NCBI GenBank assembly: GCA_050117845.1 | Contig: JASFLY010000027.1 | Coordinates: forward strand, 1 to 35,195 | Direction: 5' to 3' | DNA length: 35,195 nt | Origin: Candidatus Zixiibacteriota bacterium | GTDB taxonomy: Bacteria; RBG-13-66-14; B26-G2; WVWN01 | Shown here: piece after piece, positions 24,788-32,789 of the stretch | Position numbering within the stretch: position 1 is the first letter of the stretch | How the letters are laid out: every line of letters begins with the position of its first letter | Position numbers and translations under genes: made by a program | Notes under the pieces: model-generated | What the model was told of the DNA's origin: nothing | What the model saw: the letters and a program-made list of their open reading frames with translations, nothing else | Databases searched by the model: none

Positions 24788-25966
24788 CTACTCGCTCTTC
24801 TCGTCGGTTGAAATCAAATCGCCGTATATATTATACCTACGCACTTCGGTTACTATCCCCCGGTCGTCGTAACTCCACTCCAGGCGGTGGATGCAACGTT
24901 CGGGCGGAATACCGCCCTCGGCCTCGCCGTCCGGCCCCCCGGCGGTCGTCTGGCCGCTACCCTTTTTCCATACGGCCTCGCCATCCTTGCCGAAATAGCT
25001 TTCCGACGCGGGGCGGTTGTAAGTGCCGTACGTATAAACGTATTTGTGGATATCCAAATCGTCGGCGACCGGTTCCCCGGCCGGGCCGAAAAAACTTTCG
25101 GAAGTCTTCTTGGGCCCGCCGAGGTAGTTAAACATATACGGGTCGGGTTCGAGGAGCGTCCACTTGTATTGGTGGAAACCGTCCCCGTTGACGGCAGGTT
25201 CGCCGTTCGCGTTGAAATAACTCTCCGAATTCATACGGCCGTCGTCGTCGTACCCGTATTTACGAAGGTGTACGCCGCTTTTATCGGTAGCCGGCTTACC
25301 GTCGGGTCCCCAATAACTCTCCCACGATAAAGCGTCGCCGTCGTACCCGCGTTCGTAATGGTTAACCCCCTTTTCGTCTACCGTGGCTTCGCCGCCAACA
25401 TCGAAGAACGCCTCGTATATGGTGTTACGCCGATCGTCGTAACGATATTCGTACCTAGCTATTCCATCCCGGCCTTCCAGGAGTTTACCGTCTACGCCGT
25501 AGTAACTTACCACCCGCGTGTCGCCGACGTATTCCGACGTGTACGCGTGGCACTGCCATCTCCCCGTGACCGGCCCGCCGCCCGGCCCGAAATAACGTTC
25601 TCCTATTTTCCGCGTCCCGCCCTCGTCGTATATCGTCTCGGTGCGATGGACGCCGTCCCTATCGGCCATCGGTAGGCCGTCTACGTCGAAGTAGCTTATG
25701 GCTGCCATGTTTCCTTTATCGTTGTATTCGTATTCGGACCAGTGTACGCCGTCCTTTCTAGCGACCGGTTTGCCGCCGGGGCCGAAATAACTCTCCGAGG
25801 TTATATGGCCGCCGTCGTCGAACGTTTGTACGGTATGTTTTGTACCCCGCGCCTCTTCCTCCGTAATCTCGTGCCCGCTCGGAAGCTCGTAGTACTTCAC
25901 CGTCTCCGCGACGCACGGCGCCGCGACCGAGGCAAATAATAATAATATCAATATGTTACGTTTCAA
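24788..25966 (-). CDS. Secreted YD/RHS-like tandem-repeat protein
   Basis: Signal peptide MKRNILILLLFASVAAPCVA, then about 9-10 repeats of ~32 aa with consensus YD..G....ESYFGPDG.P.....GVH.... Confidence 0.82.
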   Translation of the reverse strand: MKRNILILLLFASVAAPCVAETVKYYELPSGHEITEEEARGTKHTVQTFDDGGHITSESYFGPGGKPVARKDGVHWSEYEYNDKGNMAAISYFDVDGLPMADRDGVHRTETIYDEGGTRKIGERYFGPGGGPVTGRWQCHAYTSEYVGDTRVVSYYGVDGKLLEGRDGIARYEYRYDDRRNTIYEAFFDVGGEATVDEKGVNHYERGYDGDALSWESYWGPDGKPATDKSGVHLRKYGYDDDGRMNSESYFNANGEPAVNGDGFHQYKWTLLEPDPYMFNYLGGPKKTSESFFGPAGEPVADDLDIHKYVYTYGTYNRPASESYFGKDGEAVWKKGSGQTTAGGPDGEAEGGIPPERCIHRLEWSYDDRGIVTEVRRYNIYGDLISTDEKSE

Positions 25967-25997
25967 GCTCGTTACCCTCCTACTAATCCCTAACGTT

Positions 25998-26726
25998 TTA
26001 CGCCGGCGGCTCGGCGTACGGGCCGCCGAAGACGTGGGCCTGGAACTTCGACAGGCGGGCGTCCTTCCAGGTGTAGGCGTCGGGCGGGAGGCCGGCCTTC
26101 ATGCAGATACCCTCCAGGAAACGCTCCCGGTCCCAGCCCTGCTCCGGCGCCACCTGCGGCAACAGAAGGCCGCTCTGTCCCCGGGCCTCGATGACCAGGC
26201 CGTCCTCGCCCACGACTATCTCCTCCGGGTCGGCCACCGGCTGGAGCGGCGTCATTACGGATATTTCGATGTGAAGGTCGGCCAACTCGGCCGCGGTAAC
26301 CGGCGGGAAGCGAGGGTCGCGCAGGGCGGCGCTAATAGCCATGTCGCGCACGGCCAGGTAGAGCGGCTTCGTCGGCAGGACGTAGCCGATACAGCCCCGC
26401 AGTTCGCCGTGCTTCTTCAGCGTGACGAAGACGCCCCGCTCCTCGAGCAGTTCGGCGTTACCGGGTTCGGGGGGCTCGTAGGTCCGGCCCTCCTCGACGG
26501 CCAGCCCCAGCGTCTCCCGGGCGATCCCCAAAAGTTCCACTTCCCAGGCGGTCTCGGCCTGCTTTCCCTGTTCTTCCGCCGGCGGCGGTTCCCGCCGTTC
26601 TTCGGGCGCGCTCACGTCAACCGGCTCCTTCCGCTTGCAGGCCCCGCCGGCCCAAATCACGGCGCCGAGGCAGGCCCAAGCCGTTATTCTTGCGGCGATT
26701 ACGCGTATCGAGTCGTTAGCAGTCAT
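25998..26726 (-). CDS. AMMECR1-domain protein (AmmeMemoRadiSam system protein A-like) with N-terminal signal/lipoprotein-like peptide
   Basis: GVFVTL, LRGCIG, AALRDPRFPPV, IEISV, GLLLPQVA and KAGL; hydrophobic N-terminus ending AGGAC, then a Pro/Glu-rich linker. Confidence 0.9.
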   Translation of the reverse strand: MTANDSIRVIAARITAWACLGAVIWAGGACKRKEPVDVSAPEERREPPPAEEQGKQAETAWEVELLGIARETLGLAVEEGRTYEPPEPGNAELLEERGVFVTLKKHGELRGCIGYVLPTKPLYLAVRDMAISAALRDPRFPPVTAAELADLHIEISVMTPLQPVADPEEIVVGEDGLVIEARGQSGLLLPQVAPEQGWDRERFLEGICMKAGLPPDAYTWKDARLSKFQAHVFGGPYAEPPA

Positions 26727-26800
26727 TTCGTCAAGGGGGTAATTAAAATGCCAGATATAGGGTTATAAGTAAAGCGAAAAGCAAGGGACGCGGCCCGGCC

Positions 26801-28489
26801 TCACATCCGGCCCGAGCGTAGGATGGCGAACGCCAGCCACAGGCCCAACATCCCGGCCACGACGAAACCGACTATCCCGAGAACGGGGTAACCGAAAACC
26901 ATCGGCCCCACGCCCGCCGCGAAAATTAGCGCCGAACCCATGATGATCGAAGCCACGACGATGGCGAACGACAGGCGATTACTCGAACGGTCGAGCTCGT
27001 TCAGGAAGTTCGGCAGGCCCACGTGCTCGAGCTCGAGTTTCACCTTCCCGCGAAGCAGCTTTTTTAATAGGACGTTTACCTCGCGGGGGAGTTCGGTCAG
27101 GTAATAGTTAAGGTCGTGGACGCCGTACGCCAGGTCGCGGGCCAGCGTTCCCGGCGAGTACCGCGCTTTGACGAGGTTCCGGGCGAACGGCGCCGCGACG
27201 TTGAGGAGGCGGAGGTCGGGGTCGAGCTTGCGCGTCAGGTGCTCGATGAGAACCACTGTCTTGGCCAGGAGCATGAATTCGCGCGGCATGTGGACGCCGT
27301 TGCGGTTGGCGAGGATAGTTATTTCCTCCAGCATCGTGCCGATACGGAGGTAGCGGAGCGGCATGGCGTAGTAGCGGCCCACGACCGCGGCCGCGTCGTT
27401 CTTGAAGCGCCTCACGTCCAAAAGTTCGTCGCTGGCGCCCAGCCGCAGGACCTCGGTGGCGACGCGCTCGTAGTCGCCGTCGTTGAACGCGATAAGTATG
27501 GCGGCCAGCGAATTGAGGTGGTCCGCGCTCAGGTAGCCGACGCTCCCGCAATCGAGCAGGAGGATCTCGGCCTCGGGCGAAACGTGGACGTTGCCGGCGT
27601 GGGGGTCGGCGTGGTAGAAACCGTCCTCGAATACCTGTTTCATAAAGCACTCGACCAGCCGGCGGGCCAACGCCCCCCGGTCGACGTTCATCTCGTCGAG
27701 CGCGTTTACGTCGTCGGCGCGGGTTCCCCGGAGCCGCTCCATGACGAGGACCCGGCCGGTCGTATACTCCCAGTACACCCGGGGCACGAGGACGCCCGCC
27801 ACGTCCTCCAGATTCCTCCGCAGGCGGTCGGCGTTCCCGGCCTCGCTGGAGAAGTCGAGTTCGCGCTTGACGGCCACCGCGAATTCCTCGACGAGTTCCC
27901 TCGGCTCGATGGGCTTCACTTCCGGGAAACGCTCTTCCATGACGCCGGCGAGGTAGGCCAGGATCTCGAGGTCGGTCTTGACCACGTCCCGGATGCCGGG
28001 CCGCTGTATCTTTACGACCACCTCCTCGCCGTTCGGGAAGGTGGCCGCGTAAACCTGGGCCAGCGAGGCCGAGGCCAGCGGCTGTTCGTCCAGCGTCGCG
28101 AAAACCTCCGTCCAGGGGCGGCCGAGTTCGGCCTCGAGCACGGCCTTGACATCCGGGAACGGTAGCGGCGCCACGTTGTCCTGCAGGGCGTTGAACTCGG
28201 CGACGTACGCGTCCGGCAGGACGTCGGGCCGGCTGGCGAGCATCTGGCCGAACTTGATGAAAGTGGGCCCCAGTTCCTCGACGACGCGGCGTATCTGATG
28301 GGGGAAGGTTACGGGCGCGGGCGCGGCGGTCAGGTAACGGCGGAGGCGCTTGGGCAGGCGTATCAGCTTGTGGAGGTTCATCCGGACGACGACGAAGCCG
28401 AAGCCCTCGGCCAAAAGAACGTCCAATATCCGCCGTAGGCGCACTACGTGCCGGTAGGTCCGGCCTATGCCGAATAAACGCGACTTCAT
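26801..28489 (-). CDS. ubiB: ABC1/UbiB/AarF-family atypical kinase
   Basis: ELGPTFIKFGQ, PLASASLAQV, VVKIQRP, HADPHAGN and LLDCG; two C-terminal TM helices. The start is placed at ATG 28489. Confidence 0.92.
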   Translation of the reverse strand: MKSRLFGIGRTYRHVVRLRRILDVLLAEGFGFVVVRMNLHKLIRLPKRLRRYLTAAPAPVTFPHQIRRVVEELGPTFIKFGQMLASRPDVLPDAYVAEFNALQDNVAPLPFPDVKAVLEAELGRPWTEVFATLDEQPLASASLAQVYAATFPNGEEVVVKIQRPGIRDVVKTDLEILAYLAGVMEERFPEVKPIEPRELVEEFAVAVKRELDFSSEAGNADRLRRNLEDVAGVLVPRVYWEYTTGRVLVMERLRGTRADDVNALDEMNVDRGALARRLVECFMKQVFEDGFYHADPHAGNVHVSPEAEILLLDCGSVGYLSADHLNSLAAILIAFNDGDYERVATEVLRLGASDELLDVRRFKNDAAAVVGRYYAMPLRYLRIGTMLEEITILANRNGVHMPREFMLLAKTVVLIEHLTRKLDPDLRLLNVAAPFARNLVKARYSPGTLARDLAYGVHDLNYYLTELPREVNVLLKKLLRGKVKLELEHVGLPNFLNELDRSSNRLSFAIVVASIIMGSALIFAAGVGPMVFGYPVLGIVGFVVAGMLGLWLAFAILRSGRM

Positions 28490-28496
28490 GGACGTT

Positions 28497-28525
28497 AATC
28501 TAGCATATATAAAAAGGCGCCGCAA
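28497..28525 (-). promoter_or_regulatory. Leaderless-type promoter of the ABC1/UbiB gene
   Basis: TTGCGG (28525-28520), 17 nt ending TGC (extended -10), TAGATT (28502-28497), 7 nt, ATG; no SD. Confidence 0.62.
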
Positions 28526-28616
28526 GGAGGAGCGGAGGCCGACGCGCGGGAACAAGGGCGGGTCGGGAGGCGGCGAATAGTAACGGCAAAAAGGCGCTTT
28601 TAATATTCGATAAATC

Positions 28617-28645
28617 TTGCATTTTACCGTATTTTGTCGTAATAT
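28617..28645 (+). promoter_or_regulatory. Distal sigma70 promoter upstream of infC
   Basis: TTGCAT (28617-28622), 17 nt, TAATAT (28640-28645), in an AT-rich island. Confidence 0.6.
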
Positions 28646-28794
28646 TATAATGAAGGTAAATGGCGGCAGCGGGAAACGCTAGGAGGGCCGGGCAATCTGC
28701 GAGCGGGCCTTTTTATATTAGGGTTCCGCGGCCCGGACCCCGGGGAAAAACGTAGTCCCCCGCCGGGCGGCCCGATCCGATTACCAAAATTACC

Positions 28795-28823
28795 TTTACA
28801 AACGGGCGAAATTATGGTATATA
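28795..28823 (+). promoter_or_regulatory. Proximal candidate promoter upstream of infC
   Basis: TTTACA (28795-28800), 17 nt ending TGG, TATATA (28818-28823); the -10 is imperfect. Confidence 0.45.
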
Positions 28824-28875
28824 ACCCGACACTTTAACTTGGCACAAATGTGACAGCTTAAGGAGGTAACCGCGT

Positions 28876-29421
28876 ATCGTAGAAAAGCGGGCCCGGGTGA
28901 ACCGAAGGATTCGCGTACCTGAAGTTCGCCTAATCGACGAGGAGGGGGCCCAAGTCGGCGTAGTACCCACGAGGGAAGCGCTGGCCCAAGCCGAGGAAAA
29001 GGGTTTAGATTTGGTCGAAGTCGCGCCTCGCGCCAAGCCGCCGGTATGCCGGATAATGGATTACGGCAAATACCAGTACGAGCAGCGCAAGAGGCAAAAA
29101 GAAGCGCGTAAAGCGCAGACGGGCGGAGCGGTAAAAGAAATTAAGATTAGCTCAAAAATCGAAGCTCACGATATCGATTTCAAGATTAACCACATCCTCA
29201 AATTCCTAAGTCAAAAAAACAGGGTAAAAGTTACTGTCGTTTTCCGGGGGCGGGAAATATCACACTCCGACCGCGGCCGCGAACTACTGAAACGTATAGT
29301 AGCCCTGCTCGACGGCCACGCGATCGTCGAAAATCCGCCCATGCTCGACGGAAGACATATGACGATGCTACTCGGGCCGGCGAAAAAGAAGGCCCCAGCC
29401 ACTACGACCGAAGCCGAATAA
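28876..29421 (+). CDS. infC: Translation initiation factor IF-3 (ATC start)
   Basis: EVRLID, LDLVEVAP.AKPPVCRIMDYGKY and FRGRE. SD AGGAGG (28861-28866) lies 9 nt before the in-frame ATC at 28876. Confidence 0.97.
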   Translation: MVEKRARVNRRIRVPEVRLIDEEGAQVGVVPTREALAQAEEKGLDLVEVAPRAKPPVCRIMDYGKYQYEQRKRQKEARKAQTGGAVKEIKISSKIEAHDIDFKINHILKFLSQKNRVKVTVVFRGREISHSDRGRELLKRIVALLDGHAIVENPPMLDGRHMTMLLGPAKKKAPATTTEAE

Positions 29422-29445
29422 CGGCCCGAAACCAAAGGTTACGAC

Positions 29446-29655
29446 ATGCCTAAAATGAAAACAAACCGGGGAGCCGCCAAACGTTTCCGGCGTACCGCGC
29501 GCGGGAAAGTAACGCGACACCGTTCTTACAGCGGCCACCTTATGACTAGCAAATCGCCGCGGCGGCGGCGCCGCCTTCGCCGTAAAACCACCATCGCCCC
29601 GGTGGACATGAACCGGATCGAGGCGCTGCTACCTTACTCCCGGCGAAAACGTTAA
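29446..29655 (+). CDS. rpmI: 50S ribosomal protein L35
   Basis: MPKMKTNRGAAKRF...H.MTSK; position between infC and rplT. Confidence 0.97.
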   Translation: MPKMKTNRGAAKRFRRTARGKVTRHRSYSGHLMTSKSPRRRRRLRRKTTIAPVDMNRIEALLPYSRRKR

Positions 29656-29677
29656 CCAACACCGAGAAAGGTCCTTC

Positions 29678-30040
29678 ATGGTTAAGGCTACCAACGCGCC
29701 CCAGCGGCGGCGTCGGCGCAAGAAAGTTTTAGAACGGGCCAAGGGTTTCCGCGGCGCCCGCGGAAAGCTTTACCGTATCGCCAGGAACGCCACCTTCAAA
29801 GCCCGGCAGCACTCCTTCGCCGACCGGCGTCGGCGCCGGCGCCTTTTCCACCGGCTTTGGATCACCCGGATAAACGCCGCAGTACGGCCTTACGGCCTCT
29901 CTTACAGCCGCTTCATCCAAGGCCTCAAGAAGGCCGGAGTCGAACTGAATCGGCGCGCGCTGGCGGAAACCGCGGCGCGTTCCCCCGAAGCTTTTCGGGC
30001 GCTCGCCGAAGTCGCTCGCCAGGCGTTGAACGACGGTTAA
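29678..30040 (+). CDS. rplT: 50S ribosomal protein L20
   Basis: AKGFRG, LWITRINAA, YSRFI.GLKKAG.ELNR. Confidence 0.97.
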   Translation: MVKATNAPQRRRRRKKVLERAKGFRGARGKLYRIARNATFKARQHSFADRRRRRRLFHRLWITRINAAVRPYGLSYSRFIQGLKKAGVELNRRALAETAARSPEAFRALAEVARQALNDG

Positions 30041-30083
30041 GCCGGCGGTTCGCGTACGTTCATACACCGCCGAAGGAACACCC

Positions 30084-31094
30084 ATGGTTACCAAGGAACA
30101 GCCGGTCGTAGCGTTAACGCTCGGGGACCCTGCGGGTATTGGGCCGGAAATCGTCGCCAAATACGTCGCGGGATCCCGCAAGAGCGACCTGACGCTCGTC
30201 GTCGTGGGCGAACAACACACCCTCGAAACGGCCGCGCAGCGCCTTAAAATCAAACTCCCCTCCATGAACGTCGTTTCCCGGCCCGGCCGAGATAAATTCT
30301 CCCCGGACGCCGTCAACCTCGTCGCGTTAAAACTCGCCGGCCTGAAGAACGTTGAGCCCGGCATCCCGTCCGCGAAAACGGGCGCCGCGGCCATGGCGTT
30401 CGTCGAGAAATCGGCGGACCTGGCCACCCGGGGCGAGGTCGACGCCATCGTCACGGCCCCTATATCCAAAAAAGCCGTCAACGACGCGGGATATTTCTTC
30501 GTGGGCCATACGGAGTATTTCGCCAACCGGACGAACAAGTCGAAGTTCGCGATGTGTTTCGTCGCCGACGAATGGCGAGTGGCCCTCGTTACCACCCATC
30601 ACGCCCTGCGCAAAGTCCACTCCAAGGTCAAGCTGCCCCGCGTCATTCGGACGGCCTGCCAGCTCGACGATTTCCTCCGTACGCTCGGCGTAAAAGCCCC
30701 TCGCCTCGTTATCACGGGCCTCAATCCCCACGCCGGCGAAGGGGGCCTGCTGGGGACCGAGGAGATAAACGAGATAGAACCCGCCATCGACGCTTGCCGG
30801 GCCCGCGGATTAAATATCGACGGGCCGGTGAGCGCGGAGGCGGCTTTCCTGGCGCACTTCGACGGCCGCTACGACGGCGTCGTGGCTATGTACCACGACC
30901 AGGGCCTCGTAACGCTTAAAGCCCTGGCCCCCCAAAAAACGGTAAACGTTACGCTGGGCCTGCCGTTCGTTCGAACGTCGGTGGGTCACGGCGCGGCGCT
31001 GGACATCGCGGGCCGAGGCGTCGCCAAGCCCGACAGCTTGCGGCACGCCGTCAATCTCGCGGCCAAACTCGTCCGGGCCCGCCGTCGCCGGTAG
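30084..31094 (+). CDS. pdxA: 4-hydroxythreonine-4-phosphate dehydrogenase (PdxA/PdxA2 family)
   Basis: GDPAGIGPE, VTAPISK, GHTEY, GLNPHAGE, AMYHDQG and NVTLGLPFVRTSVGHG. Confidence 0.93.
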   Translation: MVTKEQPVVALTLGDPAGIGPEIVAKYVAGSRKSDLTLVVVGEQHTLETAAQRLKIKLPSMNVVSRPGRDKFSPDAVNLVALKLAGLKNVEPGIPSAKTGAAAMAFVEKSADLATRGEVDAIVTAPISKKAVNDAGYFFVGHTEYFANRTNKSKFAMCFVADEWRVALVTTHHALRKVHSKVKLPRVIRTACQLDDFLRTLGVKAPRLVITGLNPHAGEGGLLGTEEINEIEPAIDACRARGLNIDGPVSAEAAFLAHFDGRYDGVVAMYHDQGLVTLKALAPQKTVNVTLGLPFVRTSVGHGAALDIAGRGVAKPDSLRHAVNLAAKLVRARRRR

Positions 31095-31173
31095 AACGCC
31101 GGCGAAACAACCGGGCGTCCGACCAAAGGGATCCCCGGCAGACTTATAAAACGAAAAACGAGGTCGTTTCCCG

Positions 31174-31887
31174 ATGATCGCCGGCCCCGGCCCGAAGAAT
31201 ACCGAACTCCCGTCTCCGCCCGGTAACCCGGGGGACCCGGCGTGCGACGACCTCTATACGATAGTTAATTCGCTGGCCCACGAGATACGGAATCCGCTGA
31301 ACGCGCTTTCCGTAAATCTTCACCTGTTGGGCCGCGAGGTCGGAGATGGCCCCGGCGCGGACAAACTCGCCGCCGCTCTCGCCGAGATAGGCCGGCTCGA
31401 CGACTTGCTCTCCGCTTTCCTGCGTTTCACCCGACCCAAAAAACCCGCCTGGCGGGAAGCGAATCTGGCCCGGGTGTTGCATGATTTCCAGACCTTTATC
31501 ACGCCGGTCGCGGCCGGGAGCGGGGCCGATCTCGAATTCCGGGACATCCCGGACATTAACCTTGAAACGGACGCCGACCTCTTAAAACAGGCGCTGTTGA
31601 ATATAATTTTGAACTCTGTCGAAGCCGGAGCCGGCCGCGTGGAACTGAGCGCGGAGGACCGGGGCGACAAGATAACCGTACGCGTGCTCGACGACGGGCC
31701 GGGTTTCCAGGAACCGGACCGGGCGTTTGAGCCGTTCTACTCAACTAAAACGGAAGGATCGGGCTTGGGGTTGCCCACATCCCGGGCTATCGTCGACTCG
31801 CTCGGCGGTACGCTGGAGTTAGGGGACCCCGTTTCGGGTGCGGAGGTATTGCTTACCATTCCTAAAACGACCCAGGCGCAAGCTTAG
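31174..31887 (+). CDS. Histidine kinase (HisKA + HATPase) without a sensor domain
   Basis: LAHEIRNPL, LLNIILNSVEA, DDGPG, FEPFYSTK and GSGLGL. Confidence 0.9.
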   Translation: MIAGPGPKNTELPSPPGNPGDPACDDLYTIVNSLAHEIRNPLNALSVNLHLLGREVGDGPGADKLAAALAEIGRLDDLLSAFLRFTRPKKPAWREANLARVLHDFQTFITPVAAGSGADLEFRDIPDINLETDADLLKQALLNIILNSVEAGAGRVELSAEDRGDKITVRVLDDGPGFQEPDRAFEPFYSTKTEGSGLGLPTSRAIVDSLGGTLELGDPVSGAEVLLTIPKTTQAQA

Positions 31888-31916
31888 AAATAAACCCAGG
31901 AGGAACTCGATAGCTT

Positions 31917-32726
31917 ATGTCCCCGAAAAAAAGCCGATGGAGCCGAGACATCATTGCCAAAGAAATAAAAAGCCTTGCGGACTCAGGCGTCCGTTTGACA
32001 GTTAAAAACGTTTCCCGCGAACATTCCGCTCTGTATAGCGCCGCCCTCCGCTACTTCAAAAGCTGGGGCGACGCCGTGAAAGCGGCCGGCATCGACTACG
32101 ACAGCATCAAAAAAGAAAGTCGGCGCGAGGCCGTGAAGAAGATTACGAAATGGAACCGGGAACGCGTCCTGGAAGAGATTAAAAAAGTACCGTTCGACAA
32201 GCTATGGTACGTGTACAAAAACGACGTCGCGCTCCACTCCGCCGCCCGCCGGGAGTTCGGTTCCTGGCGCAAGGCCCTCGAAGCCGCGGGCTACGATTAC
32301 GACGAGGTCAATAAGGCCGCAGGAACCAGGTACACTTCCTGGACCCGGGAGAAAATTATAAACATGATCCGCGAACTCCCGCCGGACCGCCTGTCCTACG
32401 GCAACATGACCAAGGAGAACCTGTTGCTCTACTCCGCCGCCTATCGCCGGTTCGGCAACTGGCAGAACGCGCTACGGGCCGCCGGCCTCCCGGAGGAGTT
32501 AATCAAAAAGAGCTTCAAAAACCGGAAATGGACGCCGGAACGCATCATCGAGGAAATCAAGAAGCGCTTCCGCGCCGGCGAGAAACTGGCCAGCGGCTAC
32601 ATGCAGCGGCACGACCCCAGCCTCTTTTCCGCCGCCTTCCGGCGTTTCGGCTCGTGGGGCGAGGCCATCGCCGCGGCCGGCATCGACTACAAGACCATCC
32701 TGCGCAACAAAGCGCACACGCGGTAA
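31917..32726 (+). CDS. Protein with four helical 'W..E.I...LYSAA.R.FGSW..AL.AAG' repeats (homing-endonuclease-associated-repeat-like; putative nucleic-acid binding)
   Basis: Four visible ~60-aa repeats, Lys/Arg-rich; SD AGGAGG. Confidence 0.8.
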   Translation: MSPKKSRWSRDIIAKEIKSLADSGVRLTVKNVSREHSALYSAALRYFKSWGDAVKAAGIDYDSIKKESRREAVKKITKWNRERVLEEIKKVPFDKLWYVYKNDVALHSAARREFGSWRKALEAAGYDYDEVNKAAGTRYTSWTREKIINMIRELPPDRLSYGNMTKENLLLYSAAYRRFGNWQNALRAAGLPEELIKKSFKNRKWTPERIIEEIKKRFRAGEKLASGYMQRHDPSLFSAAFRRFGSWGEAIAAAGIDYKTILRNKAHTR

Positions 32727-32744
32727 CTCTCCCCCATCGCAAAC

Positions 32745-32779
32745 AAAAAGCCCCGGCTCGCGCCGGGGCTTCTTTTTTT
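32745..32779. terminator. Bidirectional rho-independent terminator between convergent genes
   Basis: AAAAAGCCCCGGC-TCGC-GCCGGGGCTTCTTTTTTT. Confidence 0.85.
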
Positions 32780-32789
32780 CCGTACTCGT

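Noticed and set aside
24788..25966. RHS polymorphic toxin system
   Set aside because: No DPxG core terminus, toxin domain, immunity gene or T6SS genes.
28511..28597. 10-nt direct repeat AAAAAGGCGC at 28511 and 28588
   Set aside because: Short and low in complexity; not enough to claim a binding site.
28650..28756. Short upstream ORFs (10 aa and ~31 aa) before infC
   Set aside because: No SD support and no distinctive composition; they cannot be distinguished from chance.
28652..28797. 6S RNA, SRP RNA or c-di-GMP riboswitch assignment
   Set aside because: I could not identify the conserved sequence elements of any of these. It is kept only as an unassigned structured leader.
31917..32726. 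Homing endonuclease or mobile intron
   Set aside because: Only the repeat module is present; there is no nuclease motif and no interrupted host gene.
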